From a virus, in IMG/VR virus record IMGVR_UViG_3300026210_000006: a DNA stretch of 31,963 nt; one strand, given 5' to 3'. The translations under genes were made by a program, and so were the position numbers. The notes under the pieces are model-generated. The model did no database searches. It was not told the DNA's origin and was given only the letters and a program-made list of their open reading frames with translations. Below, one piece after another: positions 1-8,279 of the stretch. Each line of letters opens with the position of its first letter. The first letter of the stretch is position 1.

Positions 1-25
1 TAAAATAAAACATACTGAGAAAATT

Positions 26-964
26 ATGAGAGACTGGGGTCATACTACTCCAGCCGAGCTAAATCATGCTGCGAACCAAATTAAAATAGAACAAGCTGCT
101 GAATTTGCAGAGTTAAAGGGAGAAAAGCCAAAAAGGTTTGGTCTTGGTAAATACAAGAGGCTTGGTAGACATGAGATATTAAAAAATCAGCTCGTAAGAT
201 ATACAATGGGTAACAAGTATAGTGGCTCTCTAATGGTTGAGAAGGGTCTTTCTAGGCCAACAAGAACAGATGTAAAGACTATTTTTAAGGGACATGAGGG
301 TGCAATAAATAAATGGGGTCTTAGTGGTGATGCAAAGGCATCTGTTAGTAACATATTAAATGTTGGGGGTGACAAGAGTCAGCTTATAAAGGCCGCCAGA
401 AAAGATCACATGTTTAAGATGGCTGATAAAGTATTGAGAAGTGGTGTTGATTTACATGACCTGGATGCAGTAAAAGGGCAAGCTGAAAATAGAATAGGTC
501 AAATGGGAACTCGTCTTAGAGGCGTAAATAGATTGCATGCCAATGTTGAATCTAAGGCAAAGGAAGTTAGTAAATTTATGAAGAATTTTAGTGTCGGCAA
601 GAATGGCGAGCTTGTGTTAAATTATAGCTCAGCCTATAAACCTCATTATTTAGTCGGTGGAACTAATGTAAATATTAAGTTGTGGAAAGGCCCTCGTGGT
701 GGATTTTTACATGACATCTTAGTTAGCGATAAATATGATGTGCTAAAAAGTTCACATGTTCAGAGAAACCAGCATTTTAATGTAGCCAGGAGTACTAATG
801 CTAGTAAGATGAAGAAAGTTAGGACTTATGCAAGGAAATCATTAAGGTCACGCTTTCTTGCAGCACTTAAAGCAAATGATTTAAAAGAGGCACGTAGGTT
901 GGCGTTAAAGCTCGGTGTCAAGGGTGCTAAATTTCTTGGGAGGAAGGCGCTATTAAAAATCTAA
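26..964 (+). CDS. Basic (K/R/G-rich) hypothetical phage protein, probably 5'-truncated by the window edge; possible internal virion protein
   Basis: 312-aa ORF. The frame is open from base 2 to the ATG at 26 and there is no RBS before it, so the true start may lie upstream. It is followed by an RBS-led ORF on the same strand. Confidence 0.6.
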   Translation: MRDWGHTTPAELNHAANQIKIEQAAEFAELKGEKPKRFGLGKYKRLGRHEILKNQLVRYTMGNKYSGSLMVEKGLSRPTRTDVKTIFKGHEGAINKWGLSGDAKASVSNILNVGGDKSQLIKAARKDHMFKMADKVLRSGVDLHDLDAVKGQAENRIGQMGTRLRGVNRLHANVESKAKEVSKFMKNFSVGKNGELVLNYSSAYKPHYLVGGTNVNIKLWKGPRGGFLHDILVSDKYDVLKSSHVQRNQHFNVARSTNASKMKKVRTYARKSLRSRFLAALKANDLKEARRLALKLGVKGAKFLGRKALLKI

Positions 965-973
965 AGAGGAGAA

Positions 974-1321
974 ATGATGGTTGCTAATATTTTTTTAAAA
1001 AAATCTGCGAAGGTTGCTTGGAGATATCTCAAGATGGTAAGGAGCCCGAAATATTCGAAGGATATGGCTAGTGCAATACGTAAAGCTACGGCAGAATCTA
1101 AATTTTCTAGATCGACATTAAAAAAAATGGCGAGAGAACGAATTTCAATGGGTACCTATGAACATAATTTAAAGATGGGATCGAAAGACCCCACGCAAGC
1201 TTTTGGATCAGGCCATAGAAGAATTAATCAAACAAAAATTGATAGGATAAAAAATAAGGATTGGTCTTCTTACTTGCGAAAAAGCAAGACAAGGACTACA
1301 AAGCCGTATAGGGAAGAATGA
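974..1321 (+). CDS. Small, very basic hypothetical protein
   Basis: 115 aa, AGAGGAG RBS just upstream, K/R-rich; last gene before the convergent gap. Confidence 0.6.
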   Translation: MMVANIFLKKSAKVAWRYLKMVRSPKYSKDMASAIRKATAESKFSRSTLKKMARERISMGTYEHNLKMGSKDPTQAFGSGHRRINQTKIDRIKNKDWSSYLRKSKTRTTKPYREE

Positions 1322-1339
1322 AAACTCAATTAAAGTCTG

Positions 1340-1373
1340 TTTTCGAGCCACTGGGGCTCCCGAAAAGTTTCTT
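1340..1373 (+). terminator. Possible terminator hairpin for the plus-strand genes
   Basis: TTTTCG/CGAAAA and GAGCC/GGCTC imperfect stem just after the 1321 stop, followed by a weak U-tract (GTTTCTT). Confidence 0.3.
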
Positions 1374-1547
1374 AAAAACCAGTTTCAATTTTGGGGTAAA
1401 TTTTCCAAAATTCGCTTTAAAATGATTTATACTAGTATATGTACAGAGTTGACCAAGAAAGTCCCGTAAACGGCGTTTTAGGGCTATTGACAGTCATTCT
1501 GTTAATAGTAAATAGGTCGAATAATCGCAGATATTTTGTAGAGAGTG

Positions 1548-1581
1548 AAAAAAAATAGTAGAACTCCCATTTTCATGGGAG
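1548..1581 (-). terminator. Probable intrinsic terminator of the minus-strand operon
   Basis: On the minus strand: CTCCCAT-GAAA-ATGGGAG (7-bp stem, GNRA loop, 1564-1581), then TTCTACTA and a T8 run. It lies 27 nt after the last stop; the U-tract is offset by 8 nt. Confidence 0.5.
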
Positions 1582-1607
1582 CCCTACTTGCCGTATAGAT
1601 GGAGGAT

Positions 1608-1820
1608 CTATGGCACTCCGGGAAGAACAACACTTTTGTAAAAACCACATTTTTCTACAATGGTTGTACATTTCTTCCCAGCTTTCTTATCGTCGATGTA
1701 TAGGAGGACAGGAGTGGTGAAACCCTTAATGGCTTGGGCCTCTATGTGTACACCTTCACATATACCACGACGATAATTTGAGCAATATTTTTGCGCAGTT
1801 TTTCCTTCAAAGCTTATCAT
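1608..1820 (-). CDS. Small four-cysteine (probable metal-binding) hypothetical protein
   Basis: 70 aa, AGGAG RBS, Cys in YCSNY, GICEG, KKCTT and EKCGF. Confidence 0.65.
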   Translation of the reverse strand: MISFEGKTAQKYCSNYRRGICEGVHIEAQAIKGFTTPVLLYIDDKKAGKKCTTIVEKCGFYKSVVLPGVP

Positions 1821-1837
1821 TATTTTCTCCTAAATTT

Positions 1838-1923
1838 AGGTTAAAACTCGGTAGTACCCACCAGCCAACTACTTCTTACCTTAACCTGAGCGTTTATTGT
1901 TTTAGGCACTTTAGTTTTAACCT
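1838..1923 (-). other. Structured intergenic element closed by an 11-bp inverted repeat
   Basis: AGGTTAAAACT (1838-1848) pairs perfectly with AGTTTTAACCT (1913-1923); internal GTAG/CTAC hairpin. Confidence 0.5.
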
Positions 1924-1924
1924 C

Positions 1925-2266
1925 TTAGAACTCTTCATCATAAGGATAGTCATCTAGCCCTATCTTTTTGATAAACTTGTGAGCTTTTACTATTTGGTCG
2001 TCTTCCGGTATTCCATGCTGAGACTCTTCGTCAATAGGTAGTTTTTGTGGGTATGATTTCCTACCTTCAAACGTATCTACTAAGTCTCGTATTTCCGTTT
2101 CAATCCGGTGACGTAATTCATCGAATATTTCGTGATTTGTTTCGCAACAAAATCCAATCGTAATTGTCCTTTGTTCTTCTTCATCCCAGTCAGTATATTC
2201 GTATTCTGCTGGTCGATCACAGGCGTCGCATAGTCTCACGAAATTATCCTTCGGATTTAAGTTCAT
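1925..2266 (-). CDS. Hypothetical protein with N-terminal CxxC...CCxxxH (treble-clef-like) zinc finger
   Basis: Motifs LCDACD and FCCETNH. Start placed at Met22 of the track ORF (2266) to limit overlap with the upstream gene; acidic C-terminus. Confidence 0.6.
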   Translation of the reverse strand: MNLNPKDNFVRLCDACDRPAEYEYTDWDEEEQRTITIGFCCETNHEIFDELRHRIETEIRDLVDTFEGRKSYPQKLPIDEESQHGIPEDDQIVKAHKFIKKIGLDDYPYDEEF

Positions 2267-2477
2267 TATCCCATTCATGGATAGCCTTTTCTCTTTTATA
2301 ATAATCTGCCAAGCCAATTGATAGGTCATTTACTAAGCTAGCATATTTATCATTGTAGATTTCCTTACTTTCAATATTGTGAGTAGCTATGCTTTGTAAG
2401 CTAAATATTATATTCTTTATCTCATCAATACTTAATTGTATGGTTATTGAACCCTTACTCTTCGGTACTCTATTCAC
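2244..2477 (-). CDS. Small helical hypothetical protein
   Basis: 77-aa ORF packed between co-oriented genes with short overlaps; GGAGG upstream. Confidence 0.55.
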   Translation of the reverse strand: MNRVPKSKGSITIQLSIDEIKNIIFSLQSIATHNIESKEIYNDKYASLVNDLSIGLADYYKREKAIHEWDNELKSEG

Positions 2478-2865
2478 AATTTGGACACCTCCTATCGTCT
2501 AATGGTATATTTTTCCATATACTTTTTGCTAAGTAACTAATACCCTTGTTATAAGTTTCATCCACTTTTTGCCAAGCTTTTTTGCAATCGCTGCATCTAA
2601 ATGGAACACTGTTACGATTCTTTCTGCCTCTTCCTACTCTTTCTACATTTCGACCTATTGCTTTCGTAGGGTTGCTATATAGTCTATTCCCATTTACCCT
2701 ATTTCGTGTATGCAATACCTTGTCACTATCAAACCACTCAGTGCTGCCGAATATGGGATGATTAGTAAAGTACCAAACTATAGTATCTCGTTCTGCTTGG
2801 CTCTTTCTTGCGTATTTACTTTCCAGCCAATTATTGTCTGAAGATCCTTTTTTATAGAATTTCAT
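2470..2865 (-). CDS. Hypothetical protein with C-terminal zinc ribbon
   Basis: FRCSDCKK...RRCPNCE (CxxC...CxxC); starts 1 nt after the HNH stop. Confidence 0.65.
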   Translation of the reverse strand: MKFYKKGSSDNNWLESKYARKSQAERDTIVWYFTNHPIFGSTEWFDSDKVLHTRNRVNGNRLYSNPTKAIGRNVERVGRGRKNRNSVPFRCSDCKKAWQKVDETYNKGISYLAKSIWKNIPLDDRRCPNCE

Positions 2866-2866
2866 A

Positions 2867-3304
2867 TTAGTACTTTCCTCCCTTTGCTAGTTTACGTAAG
2901 AGATATGCCTCTACCTCTTCTGATTGTCTACTTATCCATTTTATAATTTTTTTGAAGTCTTCTTCATCCAGTGGGCCTTTTCGTGTATTGCAAGTTTTAC
3001 ATACAAGCCTAAGGTTGGTTGCCGTGCTTTCCCCACCCTTTACCATGGGAATGATGTGATCGCAAGCAATTGTCTTTATTGATAATATATTACTGCAATA
3101 TACACATTGTTTCCCATAGTTGTCAAGAAACATTTTCTCTAGTTCTTTTCTTGTTATATCAAATTTAATATCCATTGCCATACTTCTTTTTTTAAGATTA
3201 GAGTACAGTGCTGTTATTTTACGAGAAAGTTTCTTCTTAGCTCTTTTCCAAAATTGCTTATGTATTGGATAAAGTACCTTTTTATATATTATCTGGTTCA
3301 TCAA
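2867..3304 (-). CDS. HNH endonuclease
   Basis: CVYC...CDHIIPMVKGG...NLRLVCKTCNTRKG is the canonical zinc-binding HNH signature. Confidence 0.92.
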   Translation of the reverse strand: MMNQIIYKKVLYPIHKQFWKRAKKKLSRKITALYSNLKKRSMAMDIKFDITRKELEKMFLDNYGKQCVYCSNILSIKTIACDHIIPMVKGGESTATNLRLVCKTCNTRKGPLDEEDFKKIIKWISRQSEEVEAYLLRKLAKGGKY

Positions 3305-3527
3305 ACTCTATATTTCCACATTCAGTACATTCCCAATAGTCACCACCTATCCCATCAATATTAATATCATATGATCCAGCATATTTATATTTATGATGAG
3401 GAGTTACATCGACATCATCTGGGGTTATGTCTAACATATTCGTACATTTTTCCATTTCCTTCTCCTTTTCTTCATATAAGAATCCACGTCTATGTATGCC
3501 TGATACCTTTTTTAGGATTTTATTCAT
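3282..3527 (-). CDS. Small hypothetical protein with a C-terminal CxxC knuckle
   Basis: 81 aa, YWECTECGNIE; co-oriented and overlapping the HNH start. Confidence 0.5.
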   Translation of the reverse strand: MNKILKKVSGIHRRGFLYEEKEKEMEKCTNMLDITPDDVDVTPHHKYKYAGSYDINIDGIGGDYWECTECGNIEFDEPDNI

Positions 3528-3532
3528 TTATA

Positions 3533-3835
3533 TAAGAAACAGAGGCGATCTTACTAGAGGGAAAATGTCTGATGATTAGATAACCCAACATAACCAGCAT
3601 GGATAAGTTTAGGTACTTAAACTACTTCCCTTAACTTTAGTCAGCCACCCCTTTGGACAACTGAGTATCGAAAACTGGAATTACATGCTATCGTATAACC
3701 ATCAAGTATTGTTACTATCTAGCTCTTAGTCTCTAAAGTATTGTGCCTTTCGGGCGAAGATTTTCGCGATCATGGTCACATATACTTTTTTGAGAATTCC
3801 CTTCCCTCGCCACTGGATTTTTTATCTGTTTCTTA
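3533..3835 (-). ncRNA. Candidate ~300-nt structured RNA of unknown family
   Basis: Gap with no ORF of 60 aa or more, closed by TAAGAAACAGA (3533-3543)/TCTGTTTCTTA (3825-3835). Nested GAGGGAA/TTCCCTC helix and a three-way junction containing a CC-GAAA-GG tetraloop on the minus strand. Confidence 0.4.
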
Positions 3836-3841
3836 GTTATA

Positions 3842-3970
3842 TTACTTCTTAGGAGTTCTTGAACGTAATGTAGAAAACTCCTCTTCGAGTAATTGTATTC
3901 TATGACGGAGCTGTTTAAGTGTTCTCCATATTCGTGAAAACTTACGATTACTTCTATAGAATGGGTTCAT
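3842..3970 (-). CDS. 42-aa basic coiled-coil peptide (not in the ORF track)
   Basis: Hand translation MNPFYRSNRKFSRIWRTLKQLRHRIQLLEEEFSTLRSRTPKK; starts 5 nt after the HTH stop. Confidence 0.4.
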   Translation of the reverse strand: MNPFYRSNRKFSRIWRTLKQLRHRIQLLEEEFSTLRSRTPKK

Positions 3971-3975
3971 GTATT

Positions 3976-4173
3976 TCATCTTACCATCCTATATCTTGCT
4001 ACACCTAAAGTATTGTCTCTAAGTGTCTCAATTGAATGACCCTTTTGACGTAAATCAAATATGCGAGCAGCCAATCTTATTCCCAAACCTTGTGTAGATG
4101 CTGACATAGGAGTTAATGTGTCACCATTTTCAAGTATTTTTAAGATTCGTTCTCCTTGAGTTTTTTTTGTCAT
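3976..4173 (-). CDS. Winged helix-turn-helix DNA-binding protein (HTH_39-like phage family)
   Basis: TQGERILKILENGDTLTPMSA...RLAARIFDLRQKGHSIET...VARYRM matches the familiar phage wHTH pattern. Confidence 0.8.
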   Translation of the reverse strand: MTKKTQGERILKILENGDTLTPMSASTQGLGIRLAARIFDLRQKGHSIETLRDNTLGVARYRMVR

Positions 4174-4333
4174 AGTTAATTGTTCCTATTTGTATTGTTA
4201 TTGTTGGTTTCCAGATACCTAATGTTACCTGGAAATATTCTCCACGTTCATCCACATCAAACAACATTGCCAAATGAAAATATCTTAATAAAAACATTTG
4301 AAAGCCACCAGACCAAATATATATTTTAAACAT
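4130..4333 (-). CDS. Small beta-rich hypothetical protein
   Basis: Start placed at Met16 of the track ORF, 1 nt after the upstream stop. Confidence 0.5.
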   Translation of the reverse strand: MFKIYIWSGGFQMFLLRYFHLAMLFDVDERGEYFQVTLGIWKPTITIQIGTINYDKKNSRRTNLKNT

Positions 4334-4334
4334 A

Positions 4335-4919
4335 TTATGATCTTCTAACTTTTTCAACTTGATATATAGATATCCCATCTGGAAATTGTGTACCAGCTTT
4401 GTGGGCGTAAATGGCGTCTTTTCTAGCCTTTGTTTTGTTGATAGAATCTACCATCTTTACTTGTTTATAATCATCCCCAAGTGACTGTTCATCTATCTTT
4501 ACTGGTCCATACGAGTTGTACAGTTTATATCTAGCGGTATTGGTTTCAAATACTCCATTCTTATCACCTATCTCATGTATAATAGATGGTAGAAGATGTT
4601 CATTAAAATATTGAAGAGTACTACTTATGGCATTCTTACGTTTCTTTAGGCGTGTCATCTCAAAAGTCTGTGCCTCTATTTCGCCAACTATGAGATGTTT
4701 CCTTTTATTTAGATTGACCATAAACTTATCAATATTATCCATTTTCTTTTTCAATGTCTGCTGTAAGATAGTAAGTTCATTAACAACATGTTTATATTCA
4801 GATTCAGTCTCTTCTAAACCTGATGAACTTAATTGATCTCTGTGCAGTAACTCATTTTCTAGCATCATCTTTTCATTTATTAGGTCAATATGCTCGCCAA
4901 TAAGCTCACTAGATGTCAT
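4335..4919 (-). CDS. Siphovirus Gp157-like protein
   Basis: Coiled coil (KMDNIDKFMVNL...RLKKRKNAI) followed by FETNTARYKL...VKIDEQSL...INKTKARKD...DGISIYQ. Start placed at Met12, 4 nt after the primase stop. Confidence 0.7.
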   Translation of the reverse strand: MTSSELIGEHIDLINEKMMLENELLHRDQLSSSGLEETESEYKHVVNELTILQQTLKKKMDNIDKFMVNLNKRKHLIVGEIEAQTFEMTRLKKRKNAISSTLQYFNEHLLPSIIHEIGDKNGVFETNTARYKLYNSYGPVKIDEQSLGDDYKQVKMVDSINKTKARKDAIYAHKAGTQFPDGISIYQVEKVRRS

Positions 4920-4923
4920 TTTA

Positions 4924-6792
4924 TTATACGACGTTTGTTGTCTTATTGTCATCTTTCTGCTCCAATGTAAGTATTGTTCTATTTGTAGTAATTGATTCTC
5001 CTAAATTAACACGATCTTGACGTATTAATCTAAAACTTGGTGTCCATGTTAAATCTACTTCAAAGAGTTCGCCATCAGTATTCTTAAACATTTCTACCTT
5101 ACGATCTTTTCTTTGAGCATTTCCACTGATACCAATTACCTTTCTTGAGGCATTTTCAATAGCCCCTGATCCCTTTCCAGCATAAAGATCAAGTACTTCC
5201 TTCCTTGAATATTCTCTACTAGTTTGAGACAATTGGATAATAATAATATCCATATTAATTGCAAGATTTGAAAGTGCATGACTTATATATCTTATAGACT
5301 CATATTCTCCTCGTATGTGTCCAGGAGGCTCTACAAGGTCTATATAGTCGACAATTACACATCTGGGTTGTACATTTTGTACCATTTCCCGAATCTTCTT
5401 TATCGTTGGACTTACAGTATTAATGGCAATATGAGAAATATTCTCTCTATGGAATTGATACATTTCCTTTAGATTTTCCTCAATTTCCTTTTTACTCATA
5501 CCACTAACTATTTGAAGATGTCTTTTATGACTATACCAATCTGTAAGTTCTAATGATAAATAGAGTGTAGGAATTTGTAATTCACTTCTAATTAGGTCAT
5601 TATAGGCATCGTATCCTAGTGCTATATTTTGTGCCAATGTAGTTTTATTAGTACCTGTCGGCCCAAATATTGTCACAAGTTCACCAGGATATATTGTTAT
5701 ATCTTTGCCTTGAAGACCAAATAATTCGTCTAAGCAGATTACTCTTCCATCAAAGTTTGCACTTACTCGTTCTTCCAATGCTTTTTGCATATCATCACTA
5801 TTCTTTATTTCAACGAGGTAATCTTTATTCTTATAATATACGCATCTTGGACTACAATATTCCTTTAATAAAAAGTCATTACAACCATAACGATAACCAC
5901 GGTTATAAGTGTCTTCTATCTTTTGAAGGACTCCTTGTTCGTCAAGACTATCATTATTCCAATTCAATATAGCTGCTTTCGCAGCCTCAGATGGAATACC
6001 GTGTCGAAGATAATGGGAAGCAAATCTTAATATTGCGTGATTTCTATTTCCCTCTTGTGGTCCTTCTCTATATATTGCTTGTAAACAAGTAACCACATTC
6101 TTTGGTTCAAAGGTTGTTTGAAGTTCCCTAACTTGAGGAACATTTCTTACTACATAACCTTTGAGTTTTTCCTTATCATCAACATCGGAAATATCTTTAT
6201 AATTGAACTCAAATCTTTGTCTTTCTGCTAAGTTTTTTATTTGTTCTGGACTAAGATTTAATAATTCTCTTATACTTAATGGTATCTTATAATAACCTCG
6301 TTTTGAATTTAAGGTATGTTCCATTCGATATATTCCAGTCCTATTATAAATAGAAATGTCAATATCATCAAATATCTTCCTCATTGTCTCTCTTAAAATA
6401 TAAGGAGTATTCTTAGAAGGCTCTATATTAAATAGGTTATTGGAAATAGCAATATGATAACCTGTCCCGCTAAAGTAGGGTTGGATATTACCATCCGTCA
6501 CACCTAGTTCATAAAGGTCAAAAATGATACTTTGTGCCTTTTCCTGAGTGTACTTATCAGAATTATCTTTCTTGTCTATATCTATGATAATCTGATCAAG
6601 CCCACGCATTCCCTGAAAATCACGTAAAGTTCCATTTGCCTTTTGGTAATCAATGGCATCATCGTAATATAAATAAGTACTACGATATACTGCCTTTTTC
6701 TTACCCTCTGTTACTAGGATATGTGGAAGACTGTCTAGTGCAACAAGAAGCCCTCTTTTACGAGGGCTTTCTATTGCAACTTCTAAATACAT
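4924..6792 (-). CDS. Primase-helicase fusion: archaeo-eukaryotic primase/prim-pol domain, PriCT-like helical domain and SF4/DnaB-like helicase
   Basis: AEP motifs IDID and FSGTGYH, RxxR(M)EHT, EGNRNHAILRFA; Walker A GPTGTNKT, LSLE, Walker B IVDYID, LSQTSR. Confidence 0.85.
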   Translation of the reverse strand: MYLEVAIESPRKRGLLVALDSLPHILVTEGKKKAVYRSTYLYYDDAIDYQKANGTLRDFQGMRGLDQIIIDIDKKDNSDKYTQEKAQSIIFDLYELGVTDGNIQPYFSGTGYHIAISNNLFNIEPSKNTPYILRETMRKIFDDIDISIYNRTGIYRMEHTLNSKRGYYKIPLSIRELLNLSPEQIKNLAERQRFEFNYKDISDVDDKEKLKGYVVRNVPQVRELQTTFEPKNVVTCLQAIYREGPQEGNRNHAILRFASHYLRHGIPSEAAKAAILNWNNDSLDEQGVLQKIEDTYNRGYRYGCNDFLLKEYCSPRCVYYKNKDYLVEIKNSDDMQKALEERVSANFDGRVICLDELFGLQGKDITIYPGELVTIFGPTGTNKTTLAQNIALGYDAYNDLIRSELQIPTLYLSLELTDWYSHKRHLQIVSGMSKKEIEENLKEMYQFHRENISHIAINTVSPTIKKIREMVQNVQPRCVIVDYIDLVEPPGHIRGEYESIRYISHALSNLAINMDIIIIQLSQTSREYSRKEVLDLYAGKGSGAIENASRKVIGISGNAQRKDRKVEMFKNTDGELFEVDLTWTPSFRLIRQDRVNLGESITTNRTILTLEQKDDNKTTNVV

Positions 6793-7412
6793 TAAAAAGT
6801 ATCTTCAGAAGAGCCTGTACTCACGGTTGCTGAATTACCTGAGCTATTAGGTTCTACTTCTTTTATATGTCCCCTACTTTTCATAAAGGTTACATAGTTT
6901 TCTAATTCCTTTCTGTTCTCTGGCGTATCAATAACAATCTTTGGACATACTCTTGTCCATTCCTTCTCTTCGCCAGTTTTTTTATCTTTTTGTAATGTCC
7001 TATAAACATAGACATAATATGGCTTTGTATCATCTGATATGTCGGCAACATAGTTATTATTCAGGAATGTCTGGATATTTTCTATCTTATCTCCTGTCTT
7101 AGTTTCCCATTCACCTATAGTATTTGGCCCGCCGCCAAAACCAATGGCATCAAATAAGTAATATATCTTATTTAATAATGAACAGGTTCTAATCCTACCG
7201 TCACTATCTTTATCATAAGACCCAGCTACTTGTAATCTAATTGGATACTTACTATTTCCAGCGAGCATAACTTCTAAATAAACATCTGCCCAAGGAAATT
7301 TTATTTCACCATCATCTCTTGTATCTTTACTTCTATCTGAGAAGTCCGTTATTTGTACATTTTGAAAGCCCGTCCAACTTCCATTTGATTCTGTTTCAGG
7401 TCTGAATCTCAT
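6792..7412 (-). CDS. Probable single-stranded DNA-binding protein
   Basis: Beta-rich, aromatic body with a flexible tail ending in SSEDTF. It lies between the Sak4-like ATPase and the primase-helicase, the usual SSB position. Confidence 0.5.
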   Translation of the reverse strand: MRFRPETESNGSWTGFQNVQITDFSDRSKDTRDDGEIKFPWADVYLEVMLAGNSKYPIRLQVAGSYDKDSDGRIRTCSLLNKIYYLFDAIGFGGGPNTIGEWETKTGDKIENIQTFLNNNYVADISDDTKPYYVYVYRTLQKDKKTGEEKEWTRVCPKIVIDTPENRKELENYVTFMKSRGHIKEVEPNSSGNSATVSTGSSEDTF

Positions 7413-7415
7413 TAT

Positions 7416-8276
7416 TTACTCCTCTTTGTAATTTAGGATTTCGTTCTTTATTGCATCATAATCAAACAATAAAGTTTTTTGTGCAAGTGGCTTTAACCTA
7501 CTTCCTACTGCACGTTCATCGTAGGACTGGAAACTTATATAGTATTTTCCGTCCTCCTTATTTGCCGTTGTATAACCTATAACATCTGCTTTTGCTGATA
7601 ATGCATAGGCTAAACCTCTTGGTAATTCTGGCAACAACTGAATTTTACCATCTGTTGATGTTGAAGATTTTGAATGACTTATTAAAACAAGATCATATCC
7701 ATTTTTCTTTATGAATAATTGAAGTTTCTTTATGAGATCAACATTTCTCTTTCTTGCTTTAAACCAATCAGCCCCCCAAGAACCTTCACCCATACCAGTA
7801 ATATCGAGTTCTTTGACGACTTCTTCTTCAATCCATTTATTTATTACATCAATGGTATCAATAACTATGGTATTAAACTCAGATTGTTTGTGGAAATTTT
7901 GTTTTAACCATTGATATATTTCTACCATAGAATAAACAGGCATTGGTTTACCACGATTCTCACCTGAACGATAATAATATCCTCGTTCTTCCGGTGGAAT
8001 AATTTCCATTTGTGTTTTACCATCTTTTATGACGGATTTACCATCTAACTTTAATTCCCTGTAAGGAATATTTAAGCTAGTAGCAGTTACAACATTGGCT
8101 CCTTCAACGTAATCAGAACCGAGGTCTGTATCAATTAACAACACACCCTCGGTTCCTTTTTCGCTCCAACGACTTGCCGTTGTTGTTTTGCCTGTTTTAG
8201 GTTGACCTATAAAGTAATAAGTCACACCATGAGGTACTTCACTCCAATTAGTGGAGATTTTCTGAGGCTTTATCAT
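7416..8276 (-). CDS. AAA_24 / Sak4-like (RecA-fold) ssDNA-annealing ATPase
   Basis: Walker A GQPKTGKT, Walker B IVIDTID, LISH and ADVIGY motifs. Confidence 0.85.
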   Translation of the reverse strand: MIKPQKISTNWSEVPHGVTYYFIGQPKTGKTTTASRWSEKGTEGVLLIDTDLGSDYVEGANVVTATSLNIPYRELKLDGKSVIKDGKTQMEIIPPEERGYYYRSGENRGKPMPVYSMVEIYQWLKQNFHKQSEFNTIVIDTIDVINKWIEEEVVKELDITGMGEGSWGADWFKARKRNVDLIKKLQLFIKKNGYDLVLISHSKSSTSTDGKIQLLPELPRGLAYALSAKADVIGYTTANKEDGKYYISFQSYDERAVGSRLKPLAQKTLLFDYDAIKNEILNYKEE

Positions 8277-8279
8277 TAT

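Noticed and set aside
3568-3576. CTGATGA hammerhead core on the plus strand
   Set aside because: No stem II followed by GAAA at the required distance.
3725-3740. TTAGAGACTA on the minus strand resembles the group I intron R element
   Set aside because: No matching S element (AAGAUAUAGUC) or P7 partner TAGTC downstream, and no interrupted gene.
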